Assembly: GCA_049570475.1 (NCBI GenBank)
Contig: CP186953.1
Location: 288,001-352,000, forward strand
Direction of reading: 5' to 3'
Length of the DNA: 64,000 nt
DNA from: Candidatus Methanosuratincola verstraetei
Lineage (GTDB): Archaea; Thermoproteota; Methanomethylicia; Methanomethylicales; Methanomethylicaceae
Position numbers and translations under genes: made by a program. Below the pieces are notes generated by a model. That model was not told the DNA's origin. It worked only from the letters and a program-made list of their open reading frames with translations, and made no database searches. Positions 38,681 to 48,186 of the stretch are shown in pieces. Each line of letters opens with the position of its first letter. Positions within the stretch are counted from its first letter, which is position 1.

Positions 38681-39636
38681 TAGTTGAAAAGGGCCAGGAG
38701 TTCCTTAGGATCCTTGATCCCGCTAAGGAGCGCCTTGGATTCAGATACCCAACCTTCCATCAGGGCCTTGGTCCTTTCGAAACCCTTGTTCTCATCGACC
38801 AGGTCTAAAAGCTCCCGGATATTCTGATCGGAGCTGTCTTCAATAAGTGAAGTGAGCTTCTTCAGCACCCTTTGATCATTTAACGAATACACTATCGGCA
38901 ACGGTAGGCTTTCCTTGGTTATGCGCGAAATAAGCTCATATTTGTCGTTGAATGTGTCGTTTATGTCATCCCTGAGGATCACAAGCATGCCCAAGAGCCT
39001 GCCGAACTCCCCCAGGGCATTAATCTCCCCTTCTGTTGCGCCCCCTATTATGGCGCCTACTCTTGTGTAAGACTCAACATCAGCTGCTTTCATCCTTACT
39101 ATCCTCAGGTATTGCTTCGGCTTCACATTGAAGTTCCTGACGAGCTTGAGTTCTTCTACCTCGGCAGAGCCGAGTTCGTAAAGCCCCTCTTTTATTGTCT
39201 TTATGACTAACCTGACTTTGTCGGCAGGCAGGATCTCCCTGAGCTCGTGGAGTTGGGACAGCCCCTCTATGAGAAAGGCATCTCCGATGAGGAGAGTTAC
39301 CTCCATGCCAAACAGCCCCATCGTGGTCTTCCTGTTTTTTTCCGTCCTTACGTATGACTTGTCGACTATGTCGTCGTGGAGATCAAATGCCGCCCCCGAG
39401 AGCACAAGCGCTTTTGCCGCCGGAGCGACCATTTCAGGGGATCCGCCAACAGCCTTGCAGGCCATAACCATAAGTGCAGCCCTTGAGTAGTCCTTCCACT
39501 TACGCGAAAAGCTGCGAATGGCACGCTTTGCTGTCGGGGACCCAATCTTAGCGCCGAGGATGTCTTTCAGTGCGGACTCCACGAGGGGTGCCCCACTCGC
39601 TCTCAAAGGGTCCTTTGCATGCTGTACCTCAGGCAT
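38677..39636 (-). CDS. Divergent trans-isoprenyl diphosphate synthase-fold protein (ComQ-like candidate)
   Basis: FARM LHDDIVD, LLIGD, SARM-like LRDDIND; GGKxxRP, RRG and KT motifs altered. Confidence 0.8.
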   Translation of the reverse strand: MPEVQHAKDPLRASGAPLVESALKDILGAKIGSPTAKRAIRSFSRKWKDYSRAALMVMACKAVGGSPEMVAPAAKALVLSGAAFDLHDDIVDKSYVRTEKNRKTTMGLFGMEVTLLIGDAFLIEGLSQLHELREILPADKVRLVIKTIKEGLYELGSAEVEELKLVRNFNVKPKQYLRIVRMKAADVESYTRVGAIIGGATEGEINALGEFGRLLGMLVILRDDINDTFNDKYELISRITKESLPLPIVYSLNDQRVLKKLTSLIEDSSDQNIRELLDLVDENKGFERTKALMEGWVSESKALLSGIKDPKELLALFNY

Positions 39637-39738
39637 GTTGAATTGTTTTGCTTTCAGAGTTTTTAAACGCTGGTTAAGCTTCTCCGAATGACCTAATCCC
39701 AGGGCAGGGCAATTCTCAATTCCAGACCCAACAGCAGA

Positions 39739-40728
39739 CTAACTGGTCTGGAGATGGCCAGGGCTCGAGCCGCTGGGGCGGAATATCGATGGCAGGAAGG
39801 CCAAAATCAAAGCCCCCGAGATCATTGTGTAATAGAAGATCCCTGAATAAAGCCAGCCCAATGGGGGAGGGAACTCGGAGGCCAGGGCAAGAGAGGGCCA
39901 ATACGCGTTGTAGAACCAGTGGATCAGTATGGAGCTCTCGAATCCATAATTGAAGGCTGTAAAACCCAGTATTAGGCCCGCTATAAAGGCAGTCAGGAAT
40001 TTACCCGTGCCCCAAGCGCCTGAGGCGATGTGTGCGTAGGCAAAAATGAGAGATGACGACACAACCAGCGCCGCAACCAATCTGCGAGGGATTCCCGCCC
40101 TGCCCCTTTTCGAGATGATAAAGAACTTCGGCTTGAGAAGGGCAAGGAGGGCCTCCCTGATCCCCATCGCCTCTTCACGTGTGGAGACTATCAGGTAGAA
40201 AGCAACCGGGACGAGCACGGGCAACATCCTGAAGACTAGCTCCTCCGCGAAGACCGAATAGGAAGAGAGAAGCAACTCTTCAAAGAGATCCTGAAACACT
40301 ACACCTCCAACAGGTACCCCAGCAGATTCCTCCAAGAAGTGTACTACGAAGAATGCGAAGAAGCTGGCTGAGCAGAAGAGCGGCATCAGAAGTAGGAAGT
40401 TCATCCCGTAGGCGCTATCCTCCCCCTTTAGGAAGGCAACAGACGATCTGTACAGGTTCGGCGGAGAAATGCCCGAAACGATGAATGCAAATATGAAAGC
40501 AAGAATCATCAGCAGGAATAGTAGCGGCATGCAACCTTGGTCAAGAACCAAACCTGGAATGGCATAGGACTCGATCGAATCCAGATTGAGGGATCCGGGG
40601 AAGGCATTCGGGAAACAGACAAAGGCTATCGCAAGCGCCATCGATAGCAAGTATGTGGAAAGGGAAAAGACTGCCAAAATGAAGTAGAATCGTCTGAAAA
40701 CGGGAAGAATTCCCTTCACGTTTGCCAT
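39739..40728 (-). CDS. CPBP/Abi (CAAX protease-like) intramembrane glutamic endopeptidase
   Basis: EELVFR, FAYAH, HWFYN motifs in a multi-TM protein. Confidence 0.85.
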   Translation of the reverse strand: MANVKGILPVFRRFYFILAVFSLSTYLLSMALAIAFVCFPNAFPGSLNLDSIESYAIPGLVLDQGCMPLLFLLMILAFIFAFIVSGISPPNLYRSSVAFLKGEDSAYGMNFLLLMPLFCSASFFAFFVVHFLEESAGVPVGGVVFQDLFEELLLSSYSVFAEELVFRMLPVLVPVAFYLIVSTREEAMGIREALLALLKPKFFIISKRGRAGIPRRLVAALVVSSSLIFAYAHIASGAWGTGKFLTAFIAGLILGFTAFNYGFESSILIHWFYNAYWPSLALASEFPPPLGWLYSGIFYYTMISGALILAFLPSIFRPSGSSPGHLQTS

Positions 40729-40740
40729 TTATTGCCACGC

Positions 40741-41655
40741 TTAGAAGTGGATCCTACCGACTAGAACTCGGTTACGGTTGACATCGGTCATGAACTCGAC
40801 GCCCCTGAGTTTCGGCAACTTCAACAAAAAGTCCCGCTCAGTCAGCATACCGATCGGCTTTCCGTTTGAGACGACGATCAGGGATCCGATGTTGGATGCA
40901 TTCATTATCTTCACGGCATCAGAGAGGTCGAGATCCGGATCCACCGTCTTCGGGTTTGCGGTTGCGATCTTGGACACGTTTACATTCAGCAGGTAATCGA
41001 AGAGGTCTTTCTCGAGGAGGGCATCCACGTAGGGGCTCGCGAGGAACCTTATTATGTCCTTCACTGTGACGATCCCCCAGATGTCCAGACCTTTCGTTAT
41101 TGGGATACGCCTGATGTCATTTTTGATCATCAACTTCATCGCATCGAGGAGGCTTGCCCTTACATCGAGGGATATTAATGGTGCCGACATGATCTCTGAA
41201 ACCCTGACGAACATCTGCTGCGCCTCAAAGAGCCTGAAGAGGTGCCGCTCCGAAAGGACTCCCCATACCGTTCCATCCTCGTTGATGAGCGGGAGCATCC
41301 CTATGTCGTGCCTTGACATTATACCCATCAGCTCTGGGAGGGGGGAGGAAACGCTCCCAAGGATCGGCCTCCTGTTTACTATTGGTGAAATCGGGGCAGC
41401 GAGCAAGGACTGGATGCTTTTACCTTTGACCGCCTGGACAGAGGCAAACTTGTCCCCGCCCCCGAGTAGGTTCAGGAGATCCTTCGCTGAAACTATCCCT
41501 GTCAGCCGCACGCCATCCTCCGAGACGATCGCATGCCTGACGCTCTTCGCGTCCATTTGCTTCAGAGCGTTGTGAACAGAAGTCTTCTCAGGGAGCACAA
41601 CCGCCGGCGGGTGCCGTGCGATCGAGGCTGCAGGGAAACTGCTCATCGGTACCAC
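40741..41655 (-). CDS. CBS-domain protein (four CBS motifs)
   Basis: GIVSAKDL, GVLSERHL, GIVTVKDI, GMLTERDF. Confidence 0.88.
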   Translation of the reverse strand: MVPMSSFPAASIARHPPAVVLPEKTSVHNALKQMDAKSVRHAIVSEDGVRLTGIVSAKDLLNLLGGGDKFASVQAVKGKSIQSLLAAPISPIVNRRPILGSVSSPLPELMGIMSRHDIGMLPLINEDGTVWGVLSERHLFRLFEAQQMFVRVSEIMSAPLISLDVRASLLDAMKLMIKNDIRRIPITKGLDIWGIVTVKDIIRFLASPYVDALLEKDLFDYLLNVNVSKIATANPKTVDPDLDLSDAVKIMNASNIGSLIVVSNGKPIGMLTERDFLLKLPKLRGVEFMTDVNRNRVLVGRIHF

Positions 41656-41705
41656 TGCCGATTTATTAAGGGCAGGTTAAAGTTAAAGTTGTTGGTGGAG
41701 CAGGT

Positions 41706-42656
41706 TTGTTCCTCATCATATATGACATTGGGGTTGAAAGAGACCCCCACGGGATCAGGATCAGGCTGGTCAGGGCATTGAGGAGATCCGGGGCGCTCCA
41801 GATACAGAGGTCGGTCTGGATAATGGAATCGATGACGCCTGATCTAGTCAGGATTGTTGACGAGTTTAGGAGGGCGGGTGGCAAGATCAAGGTCTCCGAG
41901 TGGCTCCCGAGGTGCCTAGGCGAGCTCGCACCTAATGGCGACCGTATGAGGAAGGCATTCCTTGCTGTCATTGGGGCAGAGCCGCTTGCAGAGGAGTGGC
42001 ACCAGGAGATAGGCAGGCACCTGGAGAGGATCGGCTACTCAATCGAGGTGAAGCCTGTCAGCGAGAGCGCTATGGCAGAGTATTCGAAGCGCACAGGTAA
42101 GAGGATCGACTGTTCAGCGGCAGAGAAGAACACGAGCAGGTTGCTTGACGAAATAGTTTTGGATGATCTGGACGCCCTGGTGATCCTTAACTCGGGGAGG
42201 ACCTCTCAGAGCGGCATCTTGTACGTGGCCCAGACCTTGTCGAACACCAAAGTCTTGAGGGGCATGACTTCGCTTCCGGTGATCCAGATCGAGAGCCCCG
42301 GCAAGACAGACTCGGCAGTGGTTGTCTGGAACGAGACGGGAAGGGCCCTGGCTGAGGATCTGGCTGATGAGCTCTCGATGCCAGTCATCACCCCCAGCGT
42401 CGAGATCAGGAAGGTCTCGGTAAATGGCTCAAGGGAGATCAGGCAGATCCAGTACGCCGAAGTAGGGGACTTGATAATAGTAAACGGGAAAGAAGTGGGC
42501 GAGTGCCTTTCGGACAAGGTTTATCTCATCGCAGAGGGCGGGAGGATAGTTGACATAATGGGAGGGCAGCTCTTCAGCAAGGGTAAGAAATTGAAAATTG
42601 ATTCTCTAGGCAACTCCATAATAAAGACGATCCCGAAGGATTCAAAAAGATCCTGA
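41706..42656 (+). CDS. Cas2/PaaX-like ferredoxin-fold N-terminus fused to DUF2117-like domain
   Basis: FLIIYDI...LRRSGALQIQRSVW N-terminus; C-terminal GDLIIVNG..G...VYLIAEGGRIVDIMGG resembles DUF2117. Confidence 0.55.
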   Translation: MFLIIYDIGVERDPHGIRIRLVRALRRSGALQIQRSVWIMESMTPDLVRIVDEFRRAGGKIKVSEWLPRCLGELAPNGDRMRKAFLAVIGAEPLAEEWHQEIGRHLERIGYSIEVKPVSESAMAEYSKRTGKRIDCSAAEKNTSRLLDEIVLDDLDALVILNSGRTSQSGILYVAQTLSNTKVLRGMTSLPVIQIESPGKTDSAVVVWNETGRALAEDLADELSMPVITPSVEIRKVSVNGSREIRQIQYAEVGDLIIVNGKEVGECLSDKVYLIAEGGRIVDIMGGQLFSKGKKLKIDSLGNSIIKTIPKDSKRS

Positions 42657-42726
42657 TACAATAAGCGAGATCGCAATGCAATGTGGAAAACAGGCGATAA
42701 AAAAAATATAATGATTTAATTTTTCG

Positions 42727-43389
42727 CTAATTCTTCTGCGCTGCGACTTTCACGGGGGCCGACAGCTTCTTCCATGCTACCAGACCAAAGACCAGCACTA
42801 GGATCCCCACTAAGGCGATGCCGCCTATGAAAGTCATCGATGGGGGCACATAGGAGATGCCTTTCTGCATTAGGCCTGGAAGCGCGCCTGCTACCGTCAC
42901 CACTGGCGTCCCGTTGGGGAGCGGGTTCTTGAAGACGGCTAGCGGGTTGTTGGGGTTCCAGCCGTTTGCCAGCAGCAAGTCAATCGAGGTCTGGTTTATA
43001 GCGATCCGGTTGTTGGCGCAGCTTTGGACCACTTTGGTGCCGAGGAGTATTCTCGCTGTGTCGGGCGTGACGCTGACCACCGAACCGTTCCTGATGATAA
43101 TCTGTATGCTAGGCGCGGACGTGCCATACCAGCTGTCAAGAGCTGTAATGTTGACATTCGGGTGGGCGGCTACGCTCCGCAACATGCACCCGGGGCAGCA
43201 TGTCCATACCCGCTGACCTGTGTCAACATCGATCATCACGATGTTCCTATCCATCTCTGGGGTTATCAGCATGCCGCAGGCCTCGCACCTCGGGGTCGCA
43301 TAGTACTGGAAGTAGAGGTATGCCGAGGACCCGACTATTGCAGCCGCAACTATCACAAACACAAGGGGCATAATGATGCTCTTCTTCAT
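42727..43389 (-). CDS. Membrane-anchored Cys-rich metal-binding protein (NosL/TRASH-like)
   Basis: N- and C-terminal TM helices; CEACGMLI and CCPGC motifs. Confidence 0.55.
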   Translation of the reverse strand: MKKSIIMPLVFVIVAAAIVGSSAYLYFQYYATPRCEACGMLITPEMDRNIVMIDVDTGQRVWTCCPGCMLRSVAAHPNVNITALDSWYGTSAPSIQIIIRNGSVVSVTPDTARILLGTKVVQSCANNRIAINQTSIDLLLANGWNPNNPLAVFKNPLPNGTPVVTVAGALPGLMQKGISYVPPSMTFIGGIALVGILVLVFGLVAWKKLSAPVKVAAQKN

Positions 43390-43450
43390 AGAATTGAACC
43401 TCAGGTAAAATAAAAAGTGGAATCAATTAAAGAGTTTTGGAATTGAATTC

Positions 43451-46072
43451 TTAAGTCGGGGTTTTTGATCTCGATACCAACGACCCTCTGATCCGCTGTA
43501 GCGCTTCAAGGAAGTCCTCCATCTCAAGGGAATCCCTTGTTTCGCCCTTCAGCGTCGCCCGGATGAGGGATTTCTTGGCCTCGTTGACTAGCTCTTGAAG
43601 GTCAGCGCCAGAGAATCCCTCGGTCATCTTGGCGATCTCCTCCACAACTACGCTCATCCCCACCGGGGCATCGCGGAGGTGCACCTTTATTATTTCAGCC
43701 CTTGCCCTTGCGTCTGGCAGCCCGACATAGATATGCTTCTCTATCCGGTTTGCCCTCAGGAGCGCAGGGTCTATTGCCTCATGGCGGTTCGTTGCGGCTA
43801 GTACCATCACCCCCTTGAGATCATGGATGCCGTCCAGCTCCGAGAGGAGCTGGGTTGTCACAGGCACGAAAGCAGAGCTGCCGGCATCGGAACGGGATGG
43901 GGCTATCTGGTCGATCTCGTCGATGAAAACAATTGCAGGAGCGTTGTCCCTTGCCCTTCTGAATACATCATTTATCCTCGCAGCGGCCTCATTTATGTTC
44001 CCCCTGGAAAGCTCTGCCCCGCTTACAGGGAAGAAGTTAGCCTTGACCTCGTTGGCGATGGCTTTCGCGAGGAGCGTCTTGCCGCACCCGGGCGGTCCGT
44101 AGAGGAGGACGCCCTTTACTGCCCTCACCCTCAGCCTTTCCATCAGATCAGGCCGCCTTATGGGCAGCTCGAAAGCCTCCCTCAGATCAGCCTTCACATC
44201 GTCGAGGTCCCCGATGTCATCAAAAGTCACCTCCGGGATTCCAGATTCCCAAGTCTTTGCGACCCGCCGGTCGCGCTCAAATTCCACCCTGAACCGCTCG
44301 TATTCCTCGAGCATCGAATAATCCACTGTAGGGCGAGTGCCTTTGATAGCCTCCTCAAGCGCCTCCTGCGAAACTGCGGCAGAATTGCCATTTTTTAGGC
44401 CCTCGTAGAAGGCCGAGGAGAAGATCTTGTTCACCAGCGCCTCGATGTCTGCGCCTGTGAAACGCTCAGAGAGATCAGCCAGCCGGTCGTAGTCAATTCC
44501 GGGGGCAACGGGCTTGCCCTCAAGGTAGCACTTGAAGATCTCTTTGCGGGCTTCCTTGTCAGGCGGTCCTACATAGATTATCTTGTCGAATCTGCCGGGC
44601 CTGATCAATGCCCTATCTAACAGCTGCGGCTTGTTAGTTGTTGCAACAACTATTACATCAATGTCCTTCTGGCTGATCGAGTCGAGCTCCGAGAGCAGCA
44701 CGTTCATGACGCGGGGGGTCACGTCATCGGACTTGTACATAGTACGATCCTTGCCGATTGAGTCGATGTCATTAATGGCGAGTATGCAGGGGGCATTCTC
44801 CCGCGCAATGCTGAACAGCTCACTGATCCTGTGTTCGCTCTCGCCGTACCACTTTGAGAGCAGTTCGCTGAGGCTCACCTCGTAGTACCTGACCCCAAGT
44901 TGGGAAGACAGACCCCTCAGCAGAGTGGTCTTCCCGGTGCCAGGCGGCCCATAGAGAAGTATGCCTCGGGCAGGCTTGACGCCGAAACGCCTGGCCTCTT
45001 TTTTGTATTTCATCGGGAGTGCAACGCTCCGGAGCAGCTCGTTCTTTATGTGATCCAGCCCCTTCGTCTTTTCCCAGCATTGCTTGATATCCGACGGCTT
45101 TGAAGGCATTGCCTCCCCAATCCTCGCGAAGCCGCCCTTTGCATCATATAGCGGCGACTTGGAGAAGAGATCCGTCAGTCCGCTTGAATTGAGCTGCGGT
45201 CTTTCCCTGAAGATTGGCCTCAAAGCCAGGAATCCGAATGGGGCTGCAAAGGAGCACAGAACTGATACACCGATCTGCTCTAGCGATCCGAAAATCAAGA
45301 AACCAGAAACGACAGTGCCCACGACGGCGGATATTATCCTTGTCAGGTGTATGTTCAAGCCCAGGAGTCTGAAAACATTCCTCCCGTAAGTTGAGATAAA
45401 GATCAGAAGAGAGCCTACAGCCACGAAATAGAGCGGAGTCAATTCAAGGAGATACCTTGCTGATGAAGAGGAGAGACTCTCCTGCCATCCAGGCCCCAGA
45501 AAGATCCCCATCAGCAATGAAGGGAAATACATGGAGGAAAGGTCCGATACTCTCGGGAAGAAGACTGAGAACGCATACCCTGCTGGAACGGCAAACCCGA
45601 GGTACTGCCCATATATGAAGTAGGTTCCGAATGCAGAATAGAGCATCATGGTTGAAGCGCCAGCCCGCCCTGATTTGAGTGCGCTCAATGTCGCTATCGC
45701 AGGCAAGACCAGAGCGGGGCTGAAGCCCCAGCCCATCATCATCCCCAGGAAAAATCCCACCAAGGACCCAAGCCAATCCATCAGGCACCCTATGAAGGCA
45801 ACAAGGAAGAGCAGAGCGATCACTAGACCTTGGTATGGGATTCCGCCGGGGGTCACCGGGGACGAAAGCACGACATCAGCAGCAGGGATGGCAAGGGATC
45901 CAAGGACGAAGAACGGGGCGATCTTTGGCCTGACGTATGAGATGATGCCAACAGCCGCAGAGAGGAGGGCAACCACGGGCAATGTGAAATAAAAAATAGA
46001 ATAGAATGAGAAGAAGGCGAATGCGCCTATTAGAACAGAGCCAACAGGAGACTTCTGCACGTAGGATGGCAT
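43451..46072 (-). CDS. Multi-TM-anchored tandem AAA+ ATPase (Cdc48-like D1-D2)
   Basis: ~290-aa hydrophobic N-terminus; GPPGTGKT/INDID and GPPGCGKT/IDEID modules with SRH; start ATG 46072 likely. Confidence 0.85.
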   Translation of the reverse strand: MPSYVQKSPVGSVLIGAFAFFSFYSIFYFTLPVVALLSAAVGIISYVRPKIAPFFVLGSLAIPAADVVLSSPVTPGGIPYQGLVIALLFLVAFIGCLMDWLGSLVGFFLGMMMGWGFSPALVLPAIATLSALKSGRAGASTMMLYSAFGTYFIYGQYLGFAVPAGYAFSVFFPRVSDLSSMYFPSLLMGIFLGPGWQESLSSSSARYLLELTPLYFVAVGSLLIFISTYGRNVFRLLGLNIHLTRIISAVVGTVVSGFLIFGSLEQIGVSVLCSFAAPFGFLALRPIFRERPQLNSSGLTDLFSKSPLYDAKGGFARIGEAMPSKPSDIKQCWEKTKGLDHIKNELLRSVALPMKYKKEARRFGVKPARGILLYGPPGTGKTTLLRGLSSQLGVRYYEVSLSELLSKWYGESEHRISELFSIARENAPCILAINDIDSIGKDRTMYKSDDVTPRVMNVLLSELDSISQKDIDVIVVATTNKPQLLDRALIRPGRFDKIIYVGPPDKEARKEIFKCYLEGKPVAPGIDYDRLADLSERFTGADIEALVNKIFSSAFYEGLKNGNSAAVSQEALEEAIKGTRPTVDYSMLEEYERFRVEFERDRRVAKTWESGIPEVTFDDIGDLDDVKADLREAFELPIRRPDLMERLRVRAVKGVLLYGPPGCGKTLLAKAIANEVKANFFPVSGAELSRGNINEAAARINDVFRRARDNAPAIVFIDEIDQIAPSRSDAGSSAFVPVTTQLLSELDGIHDLKGVMVLAATNRHEAIDPALLRANRIEKHIYVGLPDARARAEIIKVHLRDAPVGMSVVVEEIAKMTEGFSGADLQELVNEAKKSLIRATLKGETRDSLEMEDFLEALQRIRGSLVSRSKTPT

Positions 46073-46179
46073 GTTAAATGAATATCTATGGCACGGCGTA
46101 TTTAGTTTTTGGATTCCAAGCGGTCTGTCATTGCACTCAAGAAAATGCTTATTACGGGAAGAGAGTCTCCAAAAGAGGC

Positions 46180-46344
46180 ATGAGGATGAAGTTCTTCGCG
46201 GCATCCCTTGTAGTGATCCTGGCTATGTACTTGGTGCCCTTCACCCTACTCAGCGGCGTCGAGGGCCCTTACACTGCCCTCTTCTGGGCGGCACTATCCG
46301 CGGCATACTTGGCATTGGTCTGGCTGGAACAAAGGAGGGATTAG
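46180..46344 (+). CDS. Small 2-TM partner of sodium:solute symporter
   Basis: Hydrophobic ~54 aa immediately upstream of the SSS gene. Confidence 0.6.
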   Translation: MRMKFFAASLVVILAMYLVPFTLLSGVEGPYTALFWAALSAAYLALVWLEQRRD

Positions 46345-46345
46345 A

Positions 46346-47782
46346 TTGGAAGGGTTTCAGGCCTACCTGGCGATAGCAGTCTACATTGCTGCTGGCACAA
46401 CAATAGCCTGGCTTGCCAAAAAACGGCTCAGGAAGGATGTGAAGGACTTTTACACGGCTGGCGGCAGGTTCGGATCGGTTGTGCTCTCCCTTTCTTACGC
46501 TGCCACCACATACAGCGCATTCATGTTCATCGGGCTGGTCGGCCTTAGTTACCAGAGCGGCGTGGGGGCGATGGGGTTTGAGCTTGTGTACTTCGTCGGC
46601 ACGCTCTTCCTCCTGTATTACCTGGCCCCAAAGTACTATTCGCTCCACAGCAGGTACGGGTACGTTTCTCCAGCAGAGGTCCTGACCGACAGGTACGGCA
46701 GCCCCGCGGTCGGGATGGCTGTGACGCTGATCTCCCTGGTTGCGCTGATTCCCTATTCATCTGCCCAGATAATGGGGATCGCCTTCGCAGCCGAGGGGGC
46801 TTCAGGCGGGACCATCCCGTTCACCCTTGCAGTAATCATAGCAGTGTCACTGGCTCTGCTCTGGTCAGTCGTGGCAGGGGTTTGGAGCGTCGGCTGGACT
46901 GATGTCTACCAAGGGATCCTGATGATCGTTGCCGGGGTGACGATATTGGCGTGGGCGATCAGTTGGGCGACAAGCCTTCCCTCGTTCTCATTCGTCGCGG
47001 GAGAGCTGGGGCGTGTGCCGAACAGCTACTGGACGCCCCAGACCTTCCTGAACATGACGATCCCATGGTTCTTCTTCGCCATCACGAACCCGCAGGTCGT
47101 GCAGAGGCTCTTCGCTCCAAAGAGCAGGGAGGCGCAGAAGAAGATGATCACGCTCTTCGGGGCTTACGGTCTTATCTTTACACTCATGGTGTGCACACTT
47201 GGTCTTGTCCTTAAGGGAGCGACAATGGCAGGCGGGTTCCCTCTGGTCGCTTACAGGGACTCCGTTACGCCCACACTCTTGGGAATCTTGCCGCCATGGA
47301 TGACCATACTTGGGCTTGTGGCGATAATCGCAGCATCGATCTCAACCATAGACAGCATAATCCTGACCTTGAGTTCGATGTCGATCAGGGACATCTTCCT
47401 CCCGCTGCGCCCGAAGTTGAGCCAGAAGGCGCAGATCATGGCAGGCCGGTCGGTCATGATTGCCCTGGCATTGGGATGCATGATCTTTTCCCTTTCGAAG
47501 CCGGGGCTCATAGTCGATCTCTCGGTTCTTTCATCTTCACTGCTTCTCCCGATAGCGCCGCTCGTCCTGGGGAGCTTCCTCTGGGGGAGGGGCGGGAAAT
47601 ATTCTGCACTGGCTTCGCTCGTGGCAGGGTTCGCGACTGCGGCAGCGCTCTACTACCTGAAGCTCAGCCCACTCGGGCTTCCGATGAACTTGTGGACTCT
47701 GGCAGTTTCCTCGATCACCTATTTGACCCTCGGATCTTTCGAAATGAACCCAGAGGGAGTTAAGAAGATCAGGGAGGCTTAG
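46346..47782 (+). CDS. Sodium:solute symporter family
   Basis: SYAATTYSAFMFIG, WTDVYQG, NPQVVQR, AASISTIDS. Confidence 0.9.
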   Translation: MEGFQAYLAIAVYIAAGTTIAWLAKKRLRKDVKDFYTAGGRFGSVVLSLSYAATTYSAFMFIGLVGLSYQSGVGAMGFELVYFVGTLFLLYYLAPKYYSLHSRYGYVSPAEVLTDRYGSPAVGMAVTLISLVALIPYSSAQIMGIAFAAEGASGGTIPFTLAVIIAVSLALLWSVVAGVWSVGWTDVYQGILMIVAGVTILAWAISWATSLPSFSFVAGELGRVPNSYWTPQTFLNMTIPWFFFAITNPQVVQRLFAPKSREAQKKMITLFGAYGLIFTLMVCTLGLVLKGATMAGGFPLVAYRDSVTPTLLGILPPWMTILGLVAIIAASISTIDSIILTLSSMSIRDIFLPLRPKLSQKAQIMAGRSVMIALALGCMIFSLSKPGLIVDLSVLSSSLLLPIAPLVLGSFLWGRGGKYSALASLVAGFATAAALYYLKLSPLGLPMNLWTLAVSSITYLTLGSFEMNPEGVKKIREA

Positions 47783-47795
47783 GGGGATCAATCCT

Positions 47796-48173
47796 GTGTT
47801 GAAGGAAGTCTTCGTCAGCTGCGAGGTCCTCGAGGCATTCCTCGAGCTTTGCAGGGAAGTCTTCCCCCGCGAGAACATCATGCTCATCCGAGGCAAGGTC
47901 AGAGGGGAAAGGGCAGAAATAAAGGAGTTCCTGATACCGCCCTTCTCGACTTATGGCGAGGGCTTCTCGTCCTTCCCCATCCATATGATACCCTTTGACC
48001 TGAGCATCATCGGAATCGCGCACTCCCATCCCTCTGGAGACAACAGCCCATCCGACGAGGACCTTAACCATTTCTACGGGAAGGTAATGCTCATAGCAGC
48101 CTACCCATACAGCAAGGTCAGCGTGGCGGCTTACAATAGCAAAGGACTTAAGATAGGGTTCACTGTAGAATAG
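47796..48173 (+). CDS. JAB/MPN+ (JAMM) metalloprotease
   Basis: PRE...HSHPSGDNSPSDED. Confidence 0.88.
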   Translation: MLKEVFVSCEVLEAFLELCREVFPRENIMLIRGKVRGERAEIKEFLIPPFSTYGEGFSSFPIHMIPFDLSIIGIAHSHPSGDNSPSDEDLNHFYGKVMLIAAYPYSKVSVAAYNSKGLKIGFTVE

Positions 48174-48186
48174 TCGGGTAATTAGG

